A stretch of DNA of 64,000 nucleotides from the human T2T-CHM13v2.0 reference genome, Homo sapiens. The stretch is taken from NCBI RefSeq assembly GCF_009914755.1, contig NC_060938.1. The stretch is one strand, 5' to 3'. Of the stretch, positions 36,381-48,303 are shown piece by piece. How positions within the stretch are numbered: position 1 is the stretch's first letter; each line of letters opens with the position of its first letter. The notes below the pieces were generated by a model. That model was not told where the DNA came from. It searched no databases and saw nothing but the letters and a program-made list of their open reading frames with translations. Both the position numbers and the translations under genes were made by a program.

Positions 36381-39300
36381 CTATGGAGTCCATCGATGAA
36401 ATAAATTATTTATTTCTTGCCCTTTTAAATTGGTGCTTTTTGTATCCTGCTTAAGAAATGCTTGACAAAATTAAAGTCAGAAGCAAATGTTCCCGTATTA
36501 TAATTCATTAGTTTTATTATTTTAAGTTTTGCATTTAAATGTTTACTGTTTTTAGTTCTCATTTGTTCATAGGTAGTGTTTCAATGTTATTATTTTCTGT
36601 TCATTAAGAAAATTTTCATGGAGATGGAGCAAGATAGCCAAATAGAAGACTCCAGCAATCATCCTCCCAAAAGGCACATCAAATTGAACAGCTATCCACA
36701 CATAAAAGTGCCTTCATATGAACCAAAAATCAGGTGAGTGATCACAGTACCTGATTTTTAACATCATATTAAGGAAAGAGGCACTGAAGAGGGTAGGAAA
36801 GACAGCCTTGAATCACCTATACCACTCCTGCCCCATCCTCTGGCACCAGCCACATGTCATGGGGAGAGAATCTTTGTGCTTGAGGAAGGGACAGCACAGT
36901 GATTGTGGGACTTTGCACTGGAACTCAGTGCAGCCCTCTCACAGTGGAAAGCAACAGTGGGCAGAACTCAGCTGGCACACACAGAAGATACATTTACATC
37001 AGTCCTAGCCAGAGGTGAATCATTCATTCCAGCTGCCAAAATCTGAATTCCAGCAAGCCCTGCCACTGTGGGCTAAAGTGCTCTGGGGTCCTAAAATAGA
37101 CTAGAAACGCAGTCTCAGCCACAGGGATGGCAATTCCTGGGCAAGTCCTAGTGCTGTGCTGGGCTCAGAGCCAGTGGACTTACAATGCATGTTACCTAGT
37201 GAGACACTAGCTGGAATGGGTAAGAAAGTGTTTGCGTCACCACTCCCTCAGCCCCAGGCAGCACAGCTTGGAGCTCTCGGGGAGACCCCTTTCCTCTTCC
37301 CTCTGCTTGAGATAAGAGAGGAAAGAGGATTTTGCAACTTAGATAACAGCTTAGTCACAGTAGAATAGGGCACCAGGCAGAGTCCTAAGGCCCCCATTCC
37401 AGGCCCCAGTTCCCAGATGGCACTCCTAGACATTCCTTGGGGCAAAAGGGAACCCATTGCCTTGGAGCGAAGAACCCAGTTCTGGCAAGATTCATCACCT
37501 GCTGACTAAAGAGCCCTTGGGCCCTGAATAATCAGCCACTGTACCCAGGCAGTGCACACTGCAGGCCTTGAGTGGACTCAGAGCCATGTTGGCTTCAGGT
37601 ATGACCCAGGCCATTCCCAGAAGTAGTGGCTATGGGGAGAAACTCCTTGTGCTTGAGGAAAGGAGAGGGAAGAGTAAAGGGGACTTTGCCTTGAAGCTTT
37701 GGTACCAGCTCAGTCAATGTGGGGTAGGGCACCATGTGGGTCCCTGGGGTCACTGATTCTAGACCTTGGCTCCTGGATAGCATTTCTAGACCTTCCTTGG
37801 GCCAGAGGGGAGTCCACTGCCCTGAAGGGAGAGAATTAGAATTAGTAGCATTCACCTCAAGCTGACTGAAGAGCCCTTGGACCTTGAGTGAACATCAGTG
37901 TTAAACAAGCAATACTTGCCACAGGCCCAGGGCAGTACTGGTGCCATGGCAGCATGGCCATGAGGAGAGACTTTTCTGCTTGAGGAAAGAGGAGGGAAGA
38001 GCTGGAAGAACTTTGTCTTGTAGCTTGGGTGCCCCCTCAGCCACAGTAGAATAGAGCAACAGATAGATTCCTAAGGTTTCTGACTCCAGACCCTGGCCCT
38101 CAGATGGCATCTCTGGACTTGCCTGAAGCTGAAGGAATCTTGCCACTTAGAAGGAAAGCACACAAGCCTTCCTGGACTTGCAACCTGCTGGTTGTAGAGC
38201 CCCTGGGCCTTGAGTGAACATAGGTGGTAGTCAGGCAGTGGTTACTGTAAACCTTGGGTGAGACCCAGTGCTGTGCTGGTTTCAGGTTTGACCCAGGGCA
38301 GTCCCAGTGATGTGGTTACAGGGGTGCTTGTGTAACCTCTCCCCTAGTTCAAGGCTGCTCAACACACAAAGAGAGACTTCATTTGTTTGGAGGAAAATCA
38401 GGGAAGATAACAAGAGTCTCTACCTTGTAATTCAGGGAATTCTCCCAGATTTCACCCAATACCACCAAGGCACCGTATGTTGACAAGTCTGAAAGAGTCA
38501 CAGTGTTACTGGGCTTGGGGTACTAATGCAGGTATGGCTGCAGTGACCAAAGACTTAGATCACAGCACCGAAGTCAGTTAGAACACTTGGAAAGCCTTCC
38601 CAAGAAGGATGAGTACAAACAAACCAAGACTTTGAAGACTAAAATAAATACCTAAATCTTTAATGCTGAGACTCTAGGAAATATTCCCAAGCATTAAGAC
38701 CATCCTAGAAAACATAGCATCACCAGACAAAATAAATAAAACATCAGTGACAAATCCCTGAGAGACAGAGATAGGTGAATTTCAGACAGAAAATTAAAAA
38801 TAGCTGCTTTGAGGGAGCTCAATGAAATTCAAGATTACCTAAAGGAATTCACAATCCTATCAAAGAAATTAAACAAAGAGATTGAGATCATTAAAAAGCA
38901 TCAAGCAAATTCTGGAGCTGAAAAATGCAATTGGCATACTGAAGCATGCATCAGTTTCTTGACAGCAGAACTAATCAAGCAGAAGAAAGAAGTAGTAAGC
39001 CTGAAGACAGCCTATTTGAAAATACACAGTCAGAGGAGGTAAAACAAAAAAGAATTTAAAAAGTGAAGTATGCCTGCAGGATCTAGAAAACAGCCCCCCA
39101 AAAGCAAATCTAAGAATTATTGGTCTTAAAGAGAAGATAGAGAGAGATCATGGCAGAAAGTTTATTCAAATTAATAATACAGAGAACTTCCCAAAGCTAG
39201 AGGAAGGTATCACTGTTCAAGTACAAGAAGGTTATAGAACACCAAACAGATTTAACCCATATAAGACTACCTCAAGACGTTTAATAGTAAAATTCCCAAA

Positions 39301-40625
39301 AAGCAAGAATAAAGGTAGCATCCTAAAAGCAGTAAGAGAAAAAAAAAATCAAATGACATGCAAAGAAGCTTCAATATGTCTGTCAGACTTTTCAGTAGAA
39401 ACCTTAAAAGACCAAAGAAAAGTGGCATGTCATATAAATCCTGAAGGAAAAAAAAATCTTCTATCCTAGAATAATATATACCATGAAAATATCCTTCAGA
39501 CATGAAGGAGAAATAAAGACTTCCTCAGACAAACTCAGAGCTGAGGGATTTCATCAACACCAGACTTCTCCTACAAGAAATACTAAAGGGAGATCTTCAG
39601 TCTGAAAGAAAATGACATTAATGAGCCATAAGAAATTATCTGAAGGTACAAAACTCACTAGTAGTAGTAAGAACACAGACAAACACAGAATATTATACTC
39701 TAACTGTGGTGCATAAACTACTCTTATCTTGAGTAGCAAGACTAAAAGAGGAACCTATTAAAAATAATAACTAAAACAACTTTTCAAGACATAGGCAGTA
39801 TGATAAGATATAAATAGAAACAACAAAAGTTAAAAATCAGAATGATGAAGATAAAGTGTACAGTTTTTTTCAGTTTTCTCTGTGTGTTTCTTTATATAAT
39901 CAGTGTTAAGTTGTCCTCAATTTAAAATAATGGGTTATAATACAGTATTTTGAAGCCTTATGGTAACTTCAAATTAAAAAAAATACAACAGATACACAAA
40001 AAATAAAAAACAATAAATTAAAATGTACTGCCAGAGAAAATCACCTTAATTAAAAGGAAGACAGAAAGGAAGGAAAGAAGGAAAAGAAAATCACAAAACA
40101 ACCAGAAAATCCATAATAAAATGGCAGAAGTAAGTCCTTACTTATTAATAATAACATTGAATGTAAATGGACTAAACTTGTCAGTCAAAATACATAGAGT
40201 GGTTGAATGAATTTAAAAAAATACCGAATGATTTTTTGCCTATAAGAAAGAAATTCATCTATAAAGACATAAATAGAATGAAAGTAAGAGAATGGTAAAA
40301 GATACTTCATGCAAATGGAAACCAAAAAGGAGCAGGAGTAGCTATACTTGTATCTGACAAAATAGATTTTAAGCCAAACTATAAAAAAAGAAAAAGAAGG
40401 TCCTTATATAATAATAAAGGCGTATATTTAGAAAAAAGATATATTAATTGCAAATGTATAGGTACCCAAAACTAGGGCACCCAGATATATAAAGCAAATA
40501 TTGTTTACCTAAAAATAGAGATAGACCCCAATACAATAATAGCTGTAGACTTCAAAACTCTACTTTTAGCATTGGACAGATCACCCAAACAGAAAACCAA
40601 CAAAGAAACATCAGACTTAATCTAT

Positions 40626-40659
40626 ACTAATCTACACTATAGACTAATCTACACTATAG
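40626..40659. repeat. 17-bp tandem duplication ACTAATCTACACTATAG x2 inside L1 ORF2
   Basis: seen directly. Confidence 0.85.
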
Positions 40660-41908
40660 AATAAATGGACCTAATAGATATTTACAGATCTTTTCATTCA
40701 ACAACTGCAGAATACACATTCATCTCCTCAGCATATGGCTCATTCTCAAGGATATACCATATGTTTGGCCACAAAACTAGTCTTCAATATTTTTAAAAAA
40801 TTGTAATTATATGAAGTATCTTCTCTGACCACAATGGAATAAAACAAAAAATTAATAACAAGGAGAATTTTGGAAATTACACAAATAAGAAAATTAAACA
40901 CTATACCCCTGAATGACCATAGTTTCATTTCTTGAATCAAATGAAAATGAAAATACAACGTATCCATCCTGTGGGATACAGTGAAAGCAGTACTAAGAGG
41001 AAAGTTTATATAGTAATAAGCACTTACATTAATCAAGTAGAAAAACTTTAAATTAGAAACTCAACAATGCATTTAAAATATTAAAAAGCAAGAGCAAACC
41101 AAACCCAAAATAAGTCCAAGAAAATAAATAATAAAAATAAGAGAAGAAATAAATAAAACTGAAATTAAAAAAATACAAAAGATCAACGAAATGAAAAGTA
41201 AAAGTTGGTTGTTTGAAAAGAGAAACAAAATTGGCAAACCTTTGGCCAGACTAAGAAAACAGAGAAAAGACTTGAATAAATAGAATCACAGATGGAAAAA
41301 GAGACATCACAACTGATGTTGTAAACATTAAAAGGATTATTAGTGGTTACCATGAGCAACTATATGCCAGTAAATTGGATATCCTAGAAGAAATGAGTAA
41401 ATTCCTAGATACTTACAACCTACCAAAATTGAACCATGAAGAAATCCAAAACCTGAACTGACTAATAAAAAGTAATGATATGAAAGCTCTAATAAAATTT
41501 ATTTCAGCAAATAAACATTCAGGAGTCGATGGCTTTACTGTTGAATTTTACCAAACCTTTAAAGAAGAAATAATACCAATTCTACTCAAAGTATTCTGAA
41601 AAATAGAGGAAGAGGGAAAATTCCAAACTTGTTGTATAACTCAAGTATTACCCTGATGTCAAAACCAGACAAAGACACATCAAAAAAGAGGAAACTACAG
41701 GCCAATGTCCCTGATTAACATGAATGCAAAAAAATCTTCTATGCATCCCCGAAATACTAGCAAACCATATTTAACAACACATTAAAAAGATTATTCATCA
41801 TCACCAAGCGGGAATTTATCCCAGGGATGCAAGGATAGTTCAACATATGCAGATTAGTCAATGTGATTCAGCATGTCAACTGAATCACAAAAGCCATACA
41901 ATCATTTC

Positions 41909-42950
41909 TGTTTTGTTGTTCTTTGAAAGGCTTTATTGCTTATCTAAGATATGGGGCAGAGCTCATAGCCTTTTTAAAATTTTTTAAAAACTTTTAAGTT
42001 CAGGGGTACATTTGCAGATTTGTTAAAAAGGTAAATGTGTGTCATGGGGATTTGCTGTACAGATTATTTCATCACTCAAGTATTAAGCCTAGTACTCATT
42101 AGTTATTTTTTTCTGATCCTCTCCCTCCTCTCACTCTCCACCCTCCAGTAGGCCCCAGTGTGTGTTGTTCCCCTCTGTGTGTCCATGTGTGCTCATTACT
42201 TAGCTCCCACTTATAAGTGAGAACATGCAGTATTTCTGTCCCTGTGTTAGTTTGCTAAGGATAATGGCCTCCAGCTCTATCCATGTCCCTGCAAAGGATA
42301 TAATCTCATTCTTTTCTATGGCTGCTGTAGTATTCCATGGTGTATATGTACCACAATCTCTTTATCCAATCTGTCATTGATGGGCATATACATTGATTCC
42401 ATGTCTTTGCTATTGTGAATAGTGCTGCAGTGAACATATGTGTGCATCTGTCTTTATAATAAAACAATTTATATTATTTTGGACATATACCCAGCAATGG
42501 GATTCTTGGGTCCAATGGTAGATGTTTTTAGGTCTTTGAGGTGTCACCACCCTGTCTTCCACAATGGTTGAACTAATTTACACTCCCACAAACAGTGAAT
42601 AAACATTTCTTTTCTTCCACAATCTTGCCAGAATCTAGTATTTTTTGACTTTTTAATAATAGCCATTCTGACTGGTGAGAGATGGTATCTCATTGTGGTT
42701 TTTATTTGCATTACTCTACTGATCAGTGAGGTTGAGCTTTTTTTCATATGCTTCTTGGTCACATGTATGTCATATTTTGAGAAGTGCCTTTTCATTTCTT
42801 CTGCCCACTTTTTAATGGGGTTGTTTGTTTTTTTCTTGGAAATTGGTTTAACTTCTTTATATATGCTGGAGGATCTAATTAAACTAAAGAGCTTCTGCAC
42901 AGCAAAAAAAACTATCAATAAACAACCTGCAGAATAGAAGGAAATTTTTT
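41909..42950 (-). mobile_element. L1PA10-13-like insertion with 5' inversion (42871-42950 sense) and apparent 3' transduction (41909-41970)
   Basis: Antisense 3'UTR (CAGATTATTTCATCACTCAAGTATTAAGCCTAGTAC); TSD AT(C/T)ATTTC at 41901-41908 and 42951-42958; host ORF2 resumes in register. Confidence 0.88.
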
Positions 42951-43516
42951 ATTATTTCAATTGATGCTGAAAAGACATTTGATAAAATTGAATATTCCTT
43001 CATGATAAAAATCTGAAAAACCTGGACATAGAAGTAACACAACTCAACACAATAAAAGCCATATATGACAGACCCACAGCTAGTACCATACTGAATGGGG
43101 AAAACAATGAAAGCCTCTCTTTACAATCTGAAACATCACAAGGATGCCCACTTTCACCACTGTTATTCAAAACAGCACTGGAAATCCTAGTTAAAGCAAT
43201 CAGACAAGAGAAAGAAATAAAGGGCATTCAAAATGGATCAGAAGAAATCAAATTTTTCTTGTTTGCAGATAATATGATCTTTGGAAAAAGCTATAACAGT
43301 CCACCAAAAATCTAGTAAAATTGATATACAAATTCAGTAAAATTGTAGGATAAAAATCAACAGCAAAAATCAGTTACATTTCTATATGCCAACAGCAAAC
43401 ATTCTGAAAAATAATCAAGAAAGTAATCCCATTTAAAATAGCTACAAATAAAATATATAAGAATAAATTTAACTAACAAAGTGAAAGAGTTCTACATTAA
43501 AAACTATAATATACTG

Positions 43517-43921
<405 letters not shown>

Positions 43922-45460
43922 CTACATGTTTAACGCAATCCCTGCAAAAATACCAATGACATTATTCACAGAAATAGAAAAAAAATCCTAAAATGTATGT
44001 GGAATCATGAAAGACCTCAGAATAGCCAAAGCTATCTTGAATAAAAATAAGAAAACTGGAGGAATCACATTACCTGATGTCAAATTATATTACAGAGTTA
44101 TAGTAACCAAAACAGCATGGTACTGGGGTAAAAAAAGGAACATAGACCAAAGTAACAGAAGAGAGAATCTAAAAATAAATCCACGCATCTACAGTGAAAA
44201 CATTTTCAAAAAGTTGCCAAAAACACACTGGAGAAAAGACAGTCTCTTCAATCGATTGTGCTGGGAAAACCAGAAAGCCATATGCAGAAAAATGAAACTA
44301 AACCCCATCTCTTGCCACATAAAAAATCAAACTGGATTAAAGACTTAAATATAAGACCTCAAACTATGACACTACTGTAATAAAACATGGGGTAAAAATC
44401 TCCAGAACACTGGTCTGGTTAAAAATCTCTTGAGCAATACCCTACAAGCACAGGCAACCAAAGCAAAAATGGATAAATTGGATCACGTCAAGTCAAAAAA
44501 CTTCTACACAGCAAATGAAACGATCAACAAATTGAAGAGACAATTTGCTGTCTCTTCAACAAATTGTTTTGAATTTGTTGAAATAGAATAGAATGGGAGA
44601 AAACACTTGCAAACTACCCATCTGACAAGCAATTTGTAACCAGAATATATAAGGAACTTCAATTTCTATATAGAAAAAAAAATAATAATCTGATCAAAAC
44701 ATGAATTTGAATAGACATTTCTCAAAAGAAGACATACAAATGACAAACTGTCATAGGAAATGGTGCTTAACATCATTGATCATCAGGGCAACGTGAATCA
44801 AAACTACAGGGAGACAACATCTCACCAATGTTAAAATGGCTTTTATCCAAAAGACAGGCAATAACAAATGCTGGTGAAGACACAGAGAAAGGGAACCATT
44901 GTACATTGTTGGTGGGAATGTAAATTAGTGTGAACTCTATGCAAAATAGTTTGGAGGGTCCCACAAAAGTGAATATAGAACTACCATATGATCCAGCATT
45001 CCCACTGCTAGGTATATATCTTTAAAAAAAAGAAAATCAGCATATTGAGGAGATATCTGTACTCTCATTTTTATTAGAACACTATTTACAATAGCCAAGA
45101 TTTGGAAGCCACCTGAATGTCCATCAATAGACGAATAGATAAAGAAAACATGGTACATTTACACAATGGAGTACTATTTTGCCATGAAAAAGCAGGAAAT
45201 CCTGTCATTAGCAACAACATGGATGAAACTGGAGATACTTATGTTAAGTGAAATAATACAGGCACAGAAAGATAAACATCACATATGTTTACTTATTTGT
45301 GGGAGCCAAAACTTAAAATAATTCCACTTGTGGAGATAGAGAGTAGTACGATGGTTATCAGAGGCTGGGAAGTGTAGCCCTTGGGGGCGTTGGGATGAAA
45401 GGGCGAATGGTTAATGGGTACAAAAACCAATTAGAACAAATAGGGATAACAAAAAAAAGA

Positions 45461-47020
45461 AAAGCATAGATGAATAGTTCTCATTAAGATGCAAAAAGTT
45501 CTCAACAAAATATTAGGAACCAAATCCAACAATGTATGAACAAAATTATATACCATGACCAACCAAGTAGGATTTATTCCAGGTATGAAAGACTAGCAAC
45601 ACTTTCAAAAATCAACCAGTATAACATACCATATAAACAGACTAGAGAAGAAACATGTGAAGATTATATCAATTAACTGAATGCAGAAAAAATGACAATA
45701 TTCAATATCAGATTCATGATAAAAACTCAGCAAGATAGGGATAGAGATAAATTACCTCAAGTTAATAAGATCAGCTAAAAAAAAACCCCAAAACCTACAA
45801 TTAATGTCATAAATACTGGTGAAAGATTGATTTCTTACCCTCTAAGAATGAGAATAAGATATTCACTCTCATCACTCTTCAGCAAATTTTTATCACTGAA
45901 AATTTTAGCAACTGAAATAAGAAACAAAAAAAAGTATAAAGCCAAATAGATTGGAAAGAAGAACTAAAACTTTTCCTATTTGAAGATGAGATAATTTTTT
46001 GCAAGAAATTATCAAATAATTTTCAAGATGTTCCAGAAATAAATAATAAGTGCAGTAAGGTGGCAGAATACAAGATCAAAACACAAAAATCAATGTAATT
46101 TAATACATTAATAATATCTGGAAACTGAAAATAAAACAGTTTGGCAATTTCTTATAACATTTACCATGCAATTAACATATGACTCAATAATTGAATCTTA
46201 GGCTTTTATCCTAGTGAAATTGAAGCTTACGCTCATACAAAAACCTATACAAAGATATTCATAGTAGCTTTATTTGTAATGACTCAAAACTAGAAATAAT
46301 CTGGAAACCCTTCAACAGGTGCATAAACAAACTGTGGAACACACATAGTAATAACACGTAATGCTGCTTAGCAGTAAAAACAAACTATAGATACATACAA
46401 TGTGGATGGTTTTCTATGGAATTATTCTGAATCAAGAAGAATAGTTCATGTACAATGATTACATTCTGAATAGTTGCTTTTATATAAATGGCTATTAAGC
46501 ACATAAAAGATGTTAAACATTATTATTTATCAGAGAAATACAATTAAATCATCAGAACCTCCTCGACATCAACTAGTATAGTAAATTGTTTTAATAAACA
46601 GGCAACATCAAGCATTGATGAAGATATAAACGAACTCTAATGCATCGTTCAATAGAACAATCATTTGTATAACGGTTTGGCCATTTTAAAAATAAAGTTG
46701 TTCATATCTTTAACAGGTGACTCTACATTCATAGGTATGTACCCTGCCCAAAAAAACCGCATATACAAAAAGTCTGGTATAAAAATGACCATAGCAACTA
46801 TTTTTTTTAACTATAGATTGTAATTGGAAATAGACTAGGAGTCCATTAGTGGGAGAAGATATGAACAGACTGCATTGTGCTTATTTTTTGGAATAATACT
46901 CAGCAATGCAATTCAACAAGTTACTGACACACTCAACAACATCTTGAAAACAAGGCACTGAGCAAAAGAAGCCAAAGAAAAAAGGTACAAGCTGAAACTG
47001 TAGAAAGACAAGACCAATCT
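45461..47020 (+). mobile_element. Older L1M (MC/MD/ME-like) ORF2 and 3'UTR fragments
   Basis: CTCAACAAAATATTAG...ACCATGACCAA...GGATTTATTCCAGG; later 3'UTR-like CTGAGCAAAAGAAGCCA. Confidence 0.7.
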
Positions 47021-48052
47021 AGCTAGCACAGTGGCTCGCACCTGTAATCATAGCTACACAGGAGGTTGAATAGGAAGGATAGCCAGGGCCCAGGAGTTTG
47101 TGACCAGCCTCTCACAACGTAGTAGGACCCTGTTTCTAAACAATAAAAACAAAGTTAAAAAAATAGCCAGGAGTGGTGGTGCAAACCTATCATCTCAGCT
47201 ACTTGGAAGGCTGAGACAAGAATGATAGTGACAGGAGGCAGTCAAATGGCTAGGCAGATAGGGGTAGGTCCCCAGTAAAACCCCACCTCCAAGCTGAAGA
47301 CAGTTTAAAGCCTGAAAGCTAAACTACAAGTTAAATCTTCCAGCTGGATTGAGAACTTGTCTTCCTTTTAGGCACACTCTCCTCTGATTGATTCCCACCT
47401 TTCACCAATTTTACATATACCTATCCTTTCCTAATTGGTTTTCTACACTGTCGTGCCCACCTTTGAGTGGTGTCTTTGCTTTAACCTTTTATTGCATATT
47501 CAGAAACCATTCAGCACACACTCCATATTCTGAGTCCGTAAAAAGTCCCCGACCCAGCCACACTGGGAGAGAAACCACCTGACTGTGGGGGTGGGGGACC
47601 ACCCCCGCATTCCCTCACTGCCGAGAGCTGTCCCCTCGCTCAATAAAATTATTCTCTACCCTCCTCACTCTTCAAATTGTCAGCATAACCTCATTCTTCT
47701 TCGATACGCGTCGAGAGCTTGGGAACCATTAAAGGTGGGTACGGCCTGTAACACAGGCAAGCTGGGGCACAACCGGTCCAGCCACGGTCTGAGCCAGTGA
47801 ATATAACAGACCCAGCCTAGGTGGACCAAGTGGGTGGGGTGCCACCAGCAGCAGGCCCTGGGCCAAGCGAGAAGCGAGGCCTGGGAGTGGGGAGCATCAC
47901 CAGCCGTGGAAGTCCCAGTTGGCAAAGTGGCCAAGAAAAATCTTGCATCATGGGGATTCTTTAAGTCTAGGAGTTTGAGGCTTCAGTGAGATATGATTGT
48001 ATCACTGCACTCCAGCGTGGGTGACAGAGCAATATCTTGTCTCTAAAAAAAA
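47021..48052 (+). mobile_element. AluJ (Jo/Jr-like) split by an ERV1 LTR
   Basis: Left part 47021-47222, right part 47951-48052 (AGGAGTTTGAGGCTTCAGTGAGATATGAT); TSD AAGAC(C/T)AAT(C/T)T at 47010 and 48061. Confidence 0.85.
47223..47950 (+). mobile_element. ERV1 solo LTR (LTR1/LTR27/LTR28-related; exact subfamily uncertain)
   Basis: TGATAGTGACAGGAGGCAG...AATAAA at 47642...AAAATCTTGCATCA; TG...CA ends. Confidence 0.85.
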
Positions 48053-48060
48053 TTTTTTTT

Positions 48061-48303
48061 AAGACTAATTTACAATGACAGACAACAGATCATTTTTTGA
48101 CTAAGAATAGAGATTGGAAGTAGGCATCTGCTGAACATAGCATGAGGGAATTTACTTAGCATGAGGTGATGGAAATGGTATATACTTTTTTAATTGTGTG
48201 ATGGTTACATGGATATATACATCTGTCAAACTCACTGAACTGAACAGTTAAAATCAGTACATTTTAATACATGTAAATTATGCCTCAAAAATTGATTTTA
48301 AAA
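48061..48303 (+). mobile_element. L1ME 3' terminus
   Basis: GGTGATGGAAATG...GTCAAACTCACTGAACTG...TGTAAATTATGCCTCAA. Confidence 0.8.
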
